The position numbers and the translations under genes were made by a program. 64,000 nt of DNA from contig OX597830.1 in NCBI GenBank assembly GCA_951406725.2, forward strand, positions 44,764,001-44,828,000, read 5' to 3'. Numbering within the stretch: position 1 is the first letter of the stretch; every line of letters begins with the position of its first letter. Shown here piece after piece: positions 1 to 12,471 of this stretch. Below the pieces are notes generated by a model. The model was not told the origin of the DNA and did not search any database. It saw only the letters and a list, made by a program, of their open reading frames with translations. This DNA is from Octopus vulgaris (lineage: Eukaryota).

Positions 1-1540
1 TAGAGCCAGATTTTATAAGTGAACCAGTTCTGCTCAATATTGCTAAAGCTGCTCTCTGTGACCGTGTTTTCGAGAGGTATCCAACACTAAATGCTGAACA
101 GAAGTATGTTTTTTGACCAAGTTGTTGGATCAGTTATAAACAAGGAGGGGGAAATATTTTGCATGAACGCGGGTGGTGGCTCTGGGAATACTTACACAAT
201 CAATCTGATTCTCGCTGAAGTTCGGTCATAAGGTCATATTGCTGTTGCCACTGCAGTCTCTGGATTTGCTACCACCCTGCTGGAAAATGGGCGAACTTTG
301 CACTCCAGATGCAGTATTCCATTGCGAATTACAGAAGAATTTATGTGCCATATGAAAATAAGTGATTCCAGAGGTAATTGACGAGGTTACAATGGGTCAG
401 AGGCATGTCTATGATTGTGTTGATCGCAGTCCTAGAGAAGTTTGACAACCAGATAAGCTGTTTGGCGGTCTGACTGTTTTGTTTTCTGGAGAATGGAAGC
501 AGATCTTGCGCTTGGTGCAAAGAGGTTACAGAGTTCAGATTGTTCATGCCATATTAAAACAGTCATACATTTGGAACCATGTCCAAAGCTTTCAGTTGTC
601 TGTCAATATGAGAGTCCGAAATTCTTGCGGTGTTGACACAACTTTCGCACCCTATCTTGACCAGCTGGGGAATAGAACATTTTCCCTCAATAAAGAAATT
701 GGTGAATACAAAATATCTATAGCCCCACCGCATTTGATTGACTCTACAAGGCTACAGGATCTTTGTGAAGTGGTCTTCAGGGCTATTGAGGATAAATATA
801 GAGAGGGTCTATGGATAAGCAGCAGAGCCATCATTATTCCTACAAACAAGGCTGCTGAAAAAGTAATAAAGTTGTCATGTCAAAGCTTCTACAAGGATAT
901 AGTAGAACTTATCAAAGCTGTGATACTTTATACGAAAACGAGACTGAGTTCCCGCCGGAACTGATCAATGATCTCAACTCATCAGGATTTCCACCATACA
1001 TTTTGGTTTTGAAGAAGCACTCTTCAATTATGCTGCTCAGAAACCTTGATCCAGCAGGGGGTCACTGTAACGGAACAAGATATATGGTCGTGAATTTGCA
1101 CAACCACCTTATTGAAGCAGATGTGGCCGATGGGACACATGCTGGAATCCGAATAATGATACCCCGAATTCCACGGACCACCACTGAAGACTATCCGTTC
1201 TCATTTTCCAGGAAGCAGTTTCCTCTGAAACTGGTTTTTGAAAGGACAAATCCCAAGGTCAGACTTAAGAAACAGTTGGAATTTACCCGCCAACACCTAT
1301 GTTCATCCATGGCCAGTCCTATGTTGCCAATAGCACGATCGGTTCTGGGAACAATGTGCATATATTGGCTTTGGACTCAGAGTATAAGGGTATGAATGGA
1401 ATATACACTGACAAAGTTGTCTATTAGGAAATTCTATAAGAAAATTATAGTAGGTTTTACATTTTACTTTCAAACTACAAACAGGAGTGTAGATATGTAA
1501 GTAACTGAATCGACCGACTGGAGGGCGGTGGTTCAGCTAG
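1..1540 (+). mobile_element. Helitron 3' part: decayed Pif1-family helicase of RepHel plus 3' terminus
   Basis: Frameshifted Pif1-type motifs: LNAEQ, Walker-A-like AGGGSGNTY, DEVTM, FGGLTVLFSGEWKQIL, IMLLRNLDPAGGHCNGTR, QFPLKL, SQGQT. Ends in an imperfect hairpin (ctgaa..accg....cggt..ttcag, 1505-1536) followed by CTAG|T at 1537-1540. Confidence 0.9.
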
Positions 1541-1666
1541 TTTCTATAATTTTGAAATTTTATCACTTTTCATTCTGAACTCGACAAAGACAAGCTATCT
1601 GTCGAAATATCGTTCAACCAATAAAATATCGACTGCAGTCGCATCGCGCTCTTCCTCTTGACTAGG

Positions 1667-1830
1667 AAGAAGAAAAAGAAGAAGAAGAAGAAGAAGAAGA
1701 AGAAGAAGAAGAAGAAGAAGAAGAAGAAGAAGAAGAAGAAGAAGAAGAAGAAGAAGAAGAAGAAGAAGAAGAAGAAGAAGAAGAAGAAGAAGAAGAAGAA
1801 GAAGAAGAAGAAGAAGAAGAAGAAGAAGAA
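1667..1830. repeat. (GAA)n microsatellite
   Basis: Near-perfect GAA run; source of the poly-K and poly-S ORFs. Confidence 0.98.
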
Positions 1831-3029
1831 AATGTCAGCTCCGCGCTGAATAACAATATGGGCGTGTTACACCGGACTCTCCATACAAATACAAATCTAA
1901 TCTAATAACACCAGTGTAATAAGAAAAAGGAACCCGCGGAAGACTTGCAGGAAACGGCATTTTAACGAAAATAATCACAAAAAAAACGAAATTTTACTGC
2001 CATACGAAAACAGTTTCTCCCATGCACGATGTCTCAGTGAAACATGTGCGAAAGACACGTGCGAAATCAACGTCGAAAACTTTACAAATTATAAAATATA
2101 AGTGGAACAAAACAGTAAATTCATAAATTGATTTAATTATGCATACACTCGAATGTCTATACATTCATATATTAATACCCATAGGACTACACATACACTC
2201 AATGTTTACACAACTACGTGAAATTTACAGGACACACATACAAGTATATGACAGCACGTGTCGCAAACGAAACAAAACTATAACAATACAATTTTCTTCG
2301 AACTAACACAGAGTGAATAATTCATAATAAGTTTTAAATAAGTGCAAAGAAACTATGCCCGGAGATAAATCTGTCAACAACAACAAAAACATACAGACGA
2401 ATACAGATCTGTTTGCTTTTAAAAGCGATGTTACGAGCAATGCTTTCATTCAGAGAACATGTTGTCTCAAAATGTTAACGCAAAACAAACTGATTCTACC
2501 TTAATATTAACGTCCAAACGCATCATGCCTCAAATATAACAAAGCAATATACACAGCGGATCGTTCGTTACCAGAGTCAAGATGGGCCGCGCACGCCAGT
2601 GAGGGACCAGACTGGGTGTGAAAAATCAGATACTGGTTCAAATCTTTCCGTAACGCAGGAGCTCGAAGTACCCCACAACCGGAATATTCCATCAAATGGC
2701 CATCCAAGCTCGTCATTGGGAGATAAATCTAATACTGAACAAACCTACCTAAACTGAAGAGAGGAGCATCTTGAAGTAAGATCTTATATAGTAACAACCT
2801 TGCCAACGTCAGAAGAAACGAAGATGCAGGTAAAGAAGATACTACTGTGGAAATAATTACAGACTAACCCAGGTCTGATGAAAATGCGGTAATGATAATA
2901 AGAGTCAATGTAACTTATAAGCAAAGTGAAATACTCTCTGAACCAACCATAAACACCAAGGCAGATGAAAATCAAATAGATGAAGAAAGTAAAACAGAAA
3001 TTGACCCAACTGAACTGGAGGATCTAAGC

Positions 3030-4885
3030 AATCTGCAGCTTTGTTTTCCCACCACTTGTCTTTCATCTGTCGCAGCTGAGTCTGCACCTTTCCTCTGATG
3101 TTCTTGAGGCGGTCGTGCTTGGCTTGGGAGTCTTTGTCGTTGAGCCAGCCTGTGAAGGCTTCTTTCTTCTCCTGGAGGAGGGTGGTGAACCCCTTGTTGT
3201 TGTCAAACCAGTCTTGTTGTTTCCGTTTTGTGTGGCCAAGGGTAAGGCTGGCAGAGTCATACACTGCACCCCGGAAGTTGGCCCAGGCCTTCTCAATGTT
3301 TCCCTCTGCTGGCAGATGTTCAAGTTGGTTCGCAAGGTTGGCAATGAGGGTCTCTTTTGGTTTTGGTTCATTGAGTTTCTGGACGTCCAGTTTCTTTTTA
3401 ACATCAGCTTTCTGGCGTCTGTGTCTGCTGACAATGGAAAAGGACAGTCTGCACCTCAACAGCAGGTGATATGTCCAGCAATCAGCTCCCCTCATTGCCC
3501 TAGTGATGCAAACATTCTGGATGTCACGGCGCCTGGTGATCACATAGTCAATCAGGTGCCAATGCTTGGACCTTGGGTGCATCCAGGTAGCCTTGTGGAT
3601 GTCAGGCATTTGGTACAGGGTATTGGTGATGGTGATTCTCTGTTCAGCGCAGAAGGTCAGTAGCAGTTGACCGCTGTTGTTCTCATGTCCGATGCCATGC
3701 GGCCCGATGACATCTGGCCAAGGTTGGGCATCTCTGCCTACACGGGCATTGAAGTCCCCGAGTATCAGCAGCTTGCTATTCTTTAGGAACTGACCGTAGC
3801 ACTTTGGTGAGGTTCTGATAGAACAGGTCTCTCTGCTCCAGAGTGTAGGTCGCAGTTGGGGCTTAAGCACTGAGGTCAGGTGCATCTTGCCTTGGAGAGG
3901 AGTTCTCATCACCATCAGGCGATCGCTGAATCCTCTTGAGAGGGATTCCATGTTTTTGACGAGGGCGGTGCGAATGGAAAAGCCAACTCCTACTTCCCTG
4001 CGTTCATCCGCTGCCTTCCTTGACCAAAAGAAATTTATCTAGCCCCAGCCTCGGTGATCTCCCCCGTGTCGGCAAGGCGTGTCTCGCTGAGGGCAGCAAC
4101 ATCAATGCTGTATCTCTGAAGTTCACAACTCACAAGTGCTGTTCGACGTTCTGGTCTGTCACAGTTTTGGTTGTCCATGTGTGTCCTGATGCTCCAGGCT
4201 CCAACACATAAAGTGCTTTTCGGGCGGGAGGATTTGGGATTCTTCTTTCGTATTTCTTTCATGTTTCGACCGCGTGGTAGATGACCAGTCAGCTGCGGTA
4301 TGCTGGCAGGATGAGATGAGGCAAGCTTTCTTTAGGTCACATTTTCTAGACCCTTCCCCCTAAGGGGGCGAGCAGTGCTATCCCTGAAGATGGTTGTTCC
4401 GTCGTCAGAGTGGCTGCCGAACTATGCCCTTGCCCAGTAGGTTGCAGAACGACAACCCGAGTGTAGGTACATGGCTAGCAGCTCCCAGAGCAATCCTGCA
4501 CCTGCCACCATCACCATGCGCCCATCGCCTAAGGACTTGGAAAAAGAAGAAGTAGAGGGGGTGGAGTCACTGAATCCTGGGCAAGGGAACTGTGGAGGCC
4601 TTGGGTTGCGCAAGACCACCCCACCCCCCTCTCGGTACAGCTGATCTAGCCAGGAGGGACGCAGGACGATACATCCTAGCCACGACTGGACTGCAGGCGT
4701 TGCCGGAGATGATGGACTTCATTACCTAATCTCCTTAGGGGTTCCACTCCGGATTTGGATACGGTTTACTCCCTAGCCTTTGATTAATCAAAAACACCTA
4801 CCCGCAAGGCAGCAGGAGACTCTTGGAGGGCGGGGACGTCTCACTACCCGTACAGAACCAGAAGGACCTGCCCACTGCCTATACG
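3030..4885 (-). mobile_element. RTE-clade LINE, 5' part (5'UTR and apurinic endonuclease domain), decayed
   Basis: ORFs 4035-4262 (VGAWSIRT..RPERRTALVSCELQRYSIDVAALSETRL) and 2905-3951 (LILGDFNARVG, TWMHPRSKHWHLIDYVITRRRD, DWFD, WWENKAA) match RTE/BovB-type endonuclease motifs. Confidence 0.9.
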
Positions 4886-5169
4886 ATATATACAATTTTT
4901 AAAAAAGAACACAGTATATACAATACATACACACAGAGAGTCCAAAATGCAACATATACAATACACACAAACACTCCACAAACACACATAGTTGAATGGC
5001 CGTTGACTACGTTGTAGTTCCTCCACTCTGACAGGACCTATTTTTTGTCCCGTAAGGTATTCAACAAGCACCGACCTTACCAAGCAAGCCTGGTGGAGTT
5101 GGCAGTTTAGTCGCCGACGACCCGACCATGGAACAGGTGATAGTGGGCTACATGGTACCTGTAGCACTC

Positions 5170-6280
5170 AAGAGCCATGCTCTTCCGCGCCCTGTCAAAG
5201 TCTGATGCTGGTGTCACTATTCGCTACAGATGTGACGGCCGATTCTTTGACCTCAGACGTCTGAAGGCGAAAACCAAAGTTCTGGACGCCGTAGTGAGAG
5301 ATTTCCTGTTTGCAGACGATTGTGCGCTTGCAGCATTGAATGAACCAGACCTACAGCAAGAACTTGCCACTTGTCTCGCAGAAGCAGCAAAAGCCTTCGG
5401 ACTGACCATTAGCCTGCGAAACACGGAAATGATGATTCAGCCTTCACCTGGCATGACACCTCCTGAGCCTCAGATTAGATTGAGGGCACAACTCTGAACA
5501 ACGTGGAGAGCTTTACATACCTGGGAAGCTGTCTGTCCTCAAACTGCAGCATGGACAAAGATATCTCCATGAGGCTTGCAAAAGCAGGGGCTTCGTTTGC
5601 CAGACTTTGGGCATATGTGTGGGCTGAACGAAGCATCAGACTTTCCACCAAGCTGGCAGTCTATAGGGCAGTCGTCATTACCTCTCTGCTCTACGGATGT
5701 GAAACGTGGACGCTGTATAGGAGGCAAATGCGAGTACTTGACCAGTTCCATCTCTGCTGCTTGCGACGAATCATGTGAATTTCCTGGGAGGACAGAGTCT
5801 CCAACACTGAGGTGCTTCGCAGAGCCTAAATGCCCGGGATCGAAGCTCTCATCATGAAGGCCCAGCTCCGGTGGTTCGTATATGTAGTCCGAATGGACGA
5901 CGCACATCTACCAAAGATGATCTTCTTCTCTGAGCTGACTTCTGGAGCAAGAAACTCTGGAAGGCCACTGGGGCGATACAAGGACAGCCTGAAAACTTCC
6001 CTTGAGGCCTGCGGCATTTCAGCTCGTGGCTACAAATCGCTTGCCTCTGACCGCAGCGCCTGGCGTCCAGCTGTCCAAAAGGGTGTTAAGCTGTTCGAGG
6101 AAAAGCGCCTCAAGAGCCTGGACCAGAAGCAACAAGCCCGAAAAGAGAGGATCTCCAATCTTACTTTTGCTGTTACGTGCCCAACATGTGGCCGCGTCTG
6201 CGCGTCCGCCTTTGGGTTCCGCTTTCATCTCCGGCGTCACTGATGTCACTGTCGAACCCCGACAGACTTCCATCTTATCA
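5170..6280 (+). mobile_element. RTE-clade LINE, 3' part (RT C-terminal half and C2H2 finger), decayed
   Basis: YRCDGRFFDLRRLKAKTKV..FLFADDCAL, AFGLTISL, FTYLGS, LLYGCETWTLY, QLRW..VVRM, terminal CPTCGRVCASAFGFRFHLRRH; several stops and frameshifts. Confidence 0.92.
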
Positions 6281-6284
6281 TGAG

Positions 6285-7120
6285 GGGCTGTATGAATGTA
6301 TGTTGGTCTGTGTGCATATTGTGTATGGGTGGGGGTGTTATGTGTGTTGTATGTGTGCATATTATATGAGATTATATGCTCTGTTTGTTGGTGTGTATGT
6401 ATTTTAGGTGTGTATGTTTGTTATGTGTATTTGTATGCGTGTACAGTATGTGTGTGTGTATGCCATGTGCGTCTGTGTGTTCGTATATTATGTGGGTGTG
6501 TATGTTCTGTTTGTTGGTTAATGTGTATATTTTGTGGAGGTGTTCATGGTATGTGTGTTGCTGTGTTTCTATACTGTTTGCATACGTGTGTGTGTGTGTT
6601 GTGTGTGTGTGTGTATTATGTGGGAGTGTGTGCTATGTGAGTTGGTCTGTGTGTATATTATTTGGGTGTGTGTGCTATGTGAGTTGGTGTGTGTATATAT
6701 TTTGAGGGGTGAATGCTATGTGTGTTGGTGCGTGTGTACATTTTGTGGGGAGTGTGTGTTATTTGTTGGTGTGAGTTTGTGTATTACATTGGGGTTGTGT
6801 GGCATGTGTGTTGCTCTGCGTGTATATTATGTATGTGTGTTGGGGGAGTGCTTTGTGTATTGGAGTGTGTGTGTATATCATATGGGCGTGTTTGCTATGC
6901 ATGTTGTTGTTTGTGTATATTATGTGGGTGTGTGTGTGTGCCATGTTGAACGATGTGTGTGTATATTATGTGGGATGTTATGCTTTATGTGATTGTCTGT
7001 GTGTATGTTATGTGGTAGTGTGTGCTATATGTGTTGGTGTGTGAATGTGTGTATTATGAGGGCACTTGTGCTATGTGTGTTTGTCGTTGTGTATGTTATG
7101 TGATGCTGTGTGCTGTTTGA
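6285..7120. repeat. Degenerate TG-rich simple-sequence tract
   Basis: Imperfect (TG)n / tgtgtatattatgtggg-type motifs. Confidence 0.9.
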
Positions 7121-7189
7121 AAATGTAGTAGCACTATTCATGATGAAGGAGGTGATGGGGCCTAGTTGGAGATGGCAGAATGCCTGTAA

Positions 7190-7775
7190 GATCATTCAAA
7201 GAAGAGGGAGTGTGGAGGTGTTGAAAGGAGGGAAAAGGGGATACGGTTGGAAGACCGGCGTGGGAAAGGAGAGAAGGCTGTAGCGGGCACGAGTAAGGAC
7301 ATCTTGGATAAGGATGGCGGGGTATTCAGGACGTGTAAACAGGGGGGTAAAGTATTGAAATTGAGTCTCGATATCCTGGTTGCGGCTATACAAACGTTGG
7401 AGACAGAGGAATCGGGAGTAGGGGATGGGCAATATTTTTGTGGGAAGGGTAGGAGGAGGATAGTTGAGGTAAATGTGTGAGTCCATGGGTTTGAATGGGT
7501 GGATGTGGTGAGAGTGTGTGGGTGACGAAATCGACAGAGAGAAAGAGATGTCGAGTGATAGAAAATGACAGGTAATTCAAAGGAAGGATGGAAGTTGGAG
7601 ATGAAAGAAATAGAGGGAGAGCTGCTTACGAGAGAGGGAGGTAGCGCCAATGCAGTCGTGTATGTAACTACCGTATAGATCTGGGGTCTGTATGGAGAAC
7701 TGTAAGAAGATTTGGGCCTCAATGTAACTGACAAATAAGTTGGCAAAATTGGGACCCATTTTCCTTCCCATGGTA
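7190..7775 (-). mobile_element. Penelope-like element RT fragment
   Basis: MGRKMGPNFANLFVSYIEAQI...PDLYGSYIHDCIG resembles the Penelope AMG..GP..ANLF / RYIDD motifs, followed by IPYSRFLCLQRLYS. Confidence 0.75.
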
Positions 7776-7786
7776 AAACCAGATAA

Positions 7787-7860
<74 letters not shown>

Positions 7861-7861
7861 C

Positions 7862-7924
<63 letters not shown>

Positions 7925-7925
7925 C

Positions 7926-7976
<51 letters not shown>

Positions 7977-7985
7977 ACTATCTAT

Positions 7986-8041
<56 letters not shown>

Positions 8042-8092
8042 ATATCTATCTATCTATCTATCTAACTATCTATCTGCCTATCTATCTATCTA
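7787..8092. repeat. (TATC)n/(TTTC)n microsatellite
   Basis: Directly visible. Confidence 0.97.
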
Positions 8093-8203
8093 TTATGCAT
8101 AAATGAATATATCTTTGGATGTATTTCCTTTGAGAGTTTTAATTCAAATTTTATTTTCTCGCATATATATGAATATATTTTGTTTATTTTATAAGATAAG
8201 TTC

Positions 8204-8252
8204 ATGTCTAGAGAATGTGCTGTGTTACATTGTTTCGCTGTGATTCTTTACA
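8204..8252 (+). CDS. Speculative first coding exon for gene copy A (MSRECAVLHCFAVILY, phase 1)
   Basis: ATG at 8204, 49 nt, then donor GTATGT in phase 1. It splices in frame to exon 9613-9648 to give a hydrophobic leader, but is not homologous to copy B exon 1. Confidence 0.2.
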
Positions 8253-9612
8253 GTATGTGTTGTGCAAAATGTAAATATTTTATCGTCCGGTGATTATATA
8301 TGGAATGTTTTGTTGCAGAGAATGGAACCATTTGATATGTGCAACTGAATTGAAAGTGTCTTGCGTACGATGTGGGCTGAGTTTAGTTAGATTATCTTTT
8401 GGATTGAGAATAACGTTGACATGGGTTTTACGATCTTCTTTATATTGTTATCATACTTTTATATTTTTATCATATTTTTATCATATTCAGTTATTAGTGA
8501 TATCGTCTTCAAATTCATAGCTGATTCCTGATCATTTTAAATTCATGAAACTTGAATATTTGTAGTTTCTACCCTTCTCACCGGAAATGCTTTGGCAAAA
8601 AAATAATTGAAATATCAGAGTACAGATATCATTGTTTCATTTTTTGGCAAATTATATTTGTACAGTTTTCCTTGATGTCTTTATCTGTCATTCCGCTGTT
8701 GATTGTGGTCAGGTCGTTATTATGGATTATGTTTGATGTTTTATCACTTCATATCCGTTCGTTTCTCCAAATTACGATATATGTTCCATTGGACATATAT
8801 TACTGTCTGGGAACATTATTGGTCTTGGCAAAGGAACGGATCACCGGAAAGGATGTGGTCAACTCTCTCATTATGTTTTTCGTTGTATAATCTATGTTCC
8901 GCATACAGAAGTCAGTCCTAAAAAGTTCTCCAATAAGTACGTATTAGGCTACATTTCGCTGCGGATGTCTGATAAAACCGACACATGTCCGACGTTAACT
9001 CCAAACCTACGAAAAATTAGACTTGTTCCCCAATGTTTAGCTCTACATTATTTTTAATCAATTTCAATTTCGGAATTTCTCTAAGTTGCATCTCTTGACA
9101 ATGGTTCTCAATTAACCAGATGATTGTTTTTTTGGTGTTGTTTTTTTTTTTGCTCTTCATTATGTGTATAATTTCAATTAATTCAAATACAAAATTCACT
9201 CATTATTCCGCTCTTAACATACGCAGTACTTTCACAATCTTTTCTGAAGTGTCCAGAATGTTCTCTTCCAAGAAATACTGGTGCTTCTTATCTCGTTTGA
9301 AACAACATTTCCTTTTCTTTCTTCATCTTCACCTCCTTCGATTTTTGTTCCTCTCTCTTTATCTCACCCTCACTCCTCCTCTCCCCCTCTCTTCTGTTCC
9401 CTCTCTTTCTATCCCTCTCAAATTAATCGATCTCCCTCATTATTTCAATGGATAATTTTGTAGTGATGTAGTGGTGGTCATCGTCGTATTTATTTTCGAT
9501 TTATGCATATAACACGTCTCTTTCCTATTCATTTCATCTTTTTTCTTTGTAAATTAACGTTAAACGTGAATATGAAATATGAAATATTTTACAAAATAAA
9601 TTTTCATTGCAG

Positions 9613-9648
9613 TTCTCTTCTACATCTCATTGAAATTTGGAAATGGAC
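9613..9648 (+). CDS. Gene copy A exon 2: 36-nt micro-exon encoding the end of the signal peptide (xLFYISLKFGNG)
   Basis: Acceptor ttttcattgcag and donor gtgagt, phase 1-1; 35/36 nt identical to 32039-32074. Confidence 0.85.
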
Positions 9649-9821
9649 GTGAGTAGATTTATATCAATATATAGACCTATATGTATGAAAATTATGAAAT
9701 TCAAAACACAAAAATTTAAACTACATCATAAGTAAACAAACATAAGTTTATTTTTGAAGCGTTGAAATGTATTGTAGAAAGATATATTTTTCAACTCGTA
9801 AATACTGATAGAACAGCATAT

Positions 9822-10546
9822 ATATATATATATAAACGACAAAATGTTTGTGTGTGTGTGTGTGTATCCTTTATACAAATCCACAATTTTTCAGTTAGAG
9901 GGCTCGCACTTTCTATGGTTATTCAAACCCGTCCAAGGGTAGTTGTGAAGATCTTTTCATTTCCCCAGTAAACCCTGAAAGCCATTAAAAAGATCGATAA
10001 ACCGACCCCTTATGTTTCAAGTAACAAAAGTCTTTAATACAAGGGACGTAACTCCAGCAGTTTAATCTAAAGATATTAAACCATAGCAAGGGAAATAACT
10101 CTTTAAAACTCTGCATTTCCCTCCCTTTGTTATGCATCACACTTCAATACTGTACCAGACCAATTTATTCAATTTAGAACCGGAACTGTCCCGGATTTCA
10201 GGATTTTCCAATTTCCTAGAGAATTTCTAAACGTTTGCTTAAAATCTCTATATCTATAAATGGCAAAATGTCAGTTTTTTGATTGGACAGAGATAATTTT
10301 ACACCTGACAGTTGGATGCGCATGCGCATTTGCAGACAGTCTGTATGACTCAGCGCATTTTTGTGTTTTGCAAAGACGTGCTATCATGTGTTTTGGCTTT
10401 CAAACGTGCACGCTTTTTTGATTTGAGAAATGCAGGGAATAATTAACGAGTTAGACCAAGTGATTGACAAGAGAACAGAATTTTCATGAAAGACCAAATA
10501 TGCTTGACTAGCACTAGATGCGACAACGCCGGGTCATAGTGCTAGT
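9822..10546 (+). mobile_element. Non-autonomous Helitron-like element
   Basis: 5' tatatataaacgacaaaatg..(TG)n..ctttatacaaatccacaattttcag is shared with the copy at 40704. 3' end ..ccgggtcatagtgCTAGt. Confidence 0.7.
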
Positions 10547-10606
10547 ATAGGATCAAGTTCTGTTAGAGTAGAAGCATTTGTCGGCTTTAAAAGGATTTTA
10601 TCCTAT

Positions 10607-11724
10607 ACTAGCTAAAGTACCCATCTTTTGGGCGGTTTAAGTTGTTCTTGAATCAGCTCGTTAACCTTGCGGCACTGCGTGTTGTCCGAGTTGTGCGCTG
10701 GTCAAGTGACTCCGTAGCTATTGCGGCAGCAGTCACGGCAGCATTCAGCGTTAACCAAAATGCACTCTCCTCTGTAGAGTCATTTGATCGCGAAGCAGCA
10801 GTAATTTACGGGTTTTTGCTCCACGGGTTTTTGCAATTTTTACGGGTTTTTGCAAGTTTTCTTGTTGAGTTTGGATGTGATGATTGCAAATTATTGAGTC
10901 TTGCGCTGTTGGTAGCTAATCTGGATAACCTAATTGTCCTCTGCTCCTCAGTTTCATTAACTCGACGCTGCTTTGCCCTGACCGCATCGGTTGACAATCT
11001 GTTAAGGTACCGTTTTTTTTTTCACGGGACCAGTGGTGGTCAAAAAGACCAAAAATAGAATATTTTTAAGTCTTTGATGAATAGACCAACACTTAAATGA
11101 AATTTTCCGTAATATTGTTAACGTAACGACGTATTTTCAAGTATTAACATCATGAGCAAAACGATAATAGTGCAAAGTCAAGTGTTAAACTTAATATAGA
11201 AATAGTTTAGGAATTTTGGGTTGTGAAATATGCAAAATAATAATCTCAAGAAAACATACCTTTTATTTCAAGTTCAAAGAGTAAAAATAAATCCGAGTGA
11301 AAACAAAAATTTTACGATTTCAAAGTGAGTTGTTATTGTTGCCATCTTGTAGAACTGAACAACTTGTATACAGGAAGTCATCAATTTTTTGCATACATAT
11401 GATAATTATTGTATCTTAAGATAGATTCGCATCGATGCACTTGTTAAATCGATTCATGCGATCGATAGCGCAGAAGGTAGAATCACAAAAGCATTGTACA
11501 AATGAAAGAAAATATAAGTTGTCATAAATTATGAGAACAAAAGTTTTTAAATAGAACCCAACTTGTCGGAAACCAAAGCACTGAAAAACAATGAAAATCT
11601 GAAGCAAAAAATTAAAGACTATAGCTAGAAATTAAATTTGTAAGCCCTATAACTCCAACAGACGGCCTAAATATAAGTAGCAGAGAAATTTGTTGGCTCT
11701 AAAAGGATTTTATCCTATATATAT
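10607..11724 (-). mobile_element. Helitron-derived element (internally deleted), minus strand
   Basis: Minus-strand 3' end ccgcccaaaagatgggtactttagCTAG. Internal peptide RAKQRRVNETEEQRTIRL resembles the R..ET.EQR..RL repeats at the N-terminus of Helitron RepHel proteins. Confidence 0.6.
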
Positions 11725-12213
11725 GGCTCTGTCAGCATTTACTCGTTGAAAAATATATCTTTCTACTTGTTCTGCAAAAATTTAATTTATAAGTTCAGTG
11801 TAGGAAAATATTTTCCTTCTCAAAGTAAATTAGTAGACTCAAGACGAAACTCGTATTATGACGAGTTCAATTCTTAACTTAATTTCCATTCGTTATAATT
11901 CTTTTTTTTTTTTTGTCAGCTTGTATTTTGTTAGATTTGACTAAGTGCTGACATTTGGACAAACTTTACAACAGGCAACCGTTAAACATTATAGGATATA
12001 ACGTGTGAATCATTTAAATATGACAATTAATTAAACAACTTGAAAAATTCATTCGCAGTCATTTTCATTAAACAGATAATATATTCCAACTGTTAAAATA
12101 TCAATATTGATCCTCAAACATTTAATATTCTATTTCTTTATATTATCTATTTTGACAATCTTTTACTTTCGTCTTCGTATTTTGGTTGTTTAATTTGCCT
12201 GGCTTTGTTACAG

Positions 12214-12471
12214 TTGAATATCTGACGCATTTTATGAAAGTACCAAAATGTGATCTGAAAGATGCTAAAACATTGATGACACTTGATGTGGATGCCTCCA
12301 GCTGTTCGAAGAATTGTTTTGAAACATCTGCATGCAAATCCTTCGTGAGCAGAACGATAAGTCCAAGCTGTATTTTATACGAAGATGACTCAACAGAGAA
12401 AATGTTAATAGACGTACTTCATACCGATTTTTATCAGCTGAGAAGATCTGTGCCGACCGAGTATAGAGACG
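12214..12471 (+). CDS. Gene copy A exon 3: PAN/apple-like domain 1
   Basis: Acceptor ggctttgttacag and donor gtaaac; 258 nt, open, phase 1-1; C-x3-C-x5-C-x11-C (CSKNCFETSACKSFVSRTISPSC). Paralog at 32634-32891. Confidence 0.9.

Noticed and set aside
1575-1620. Hammerhead-like remnant (gaca..tgtcGAAA), also at ~48913-48960 and ~43088
   Set aside because: CUGANGA core or the GAAA/helix partner is missing or degenerate.
1658-1856. Poly-K/poly-S ORFs and similar poly-I, poly-N, YLSI, CV and HT ORFs across the window
   Set aside because: Translations of microsatellites, with no splice or conservation support.
4780-4885. HDV-like ribozyme at the RTE 5' end (minus strand)
   Set aside because: One plausible helix (ggcagtgg/ctgctgcc), but I could not assign P1.1, P2, P3 or J4/2; needs a covariance search.
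12186-12213. ORF starts upstream of the domain-1 exons (12186, 32606)
   Set aside because: TTG starts in intronic sequence before a conserved acceptor.
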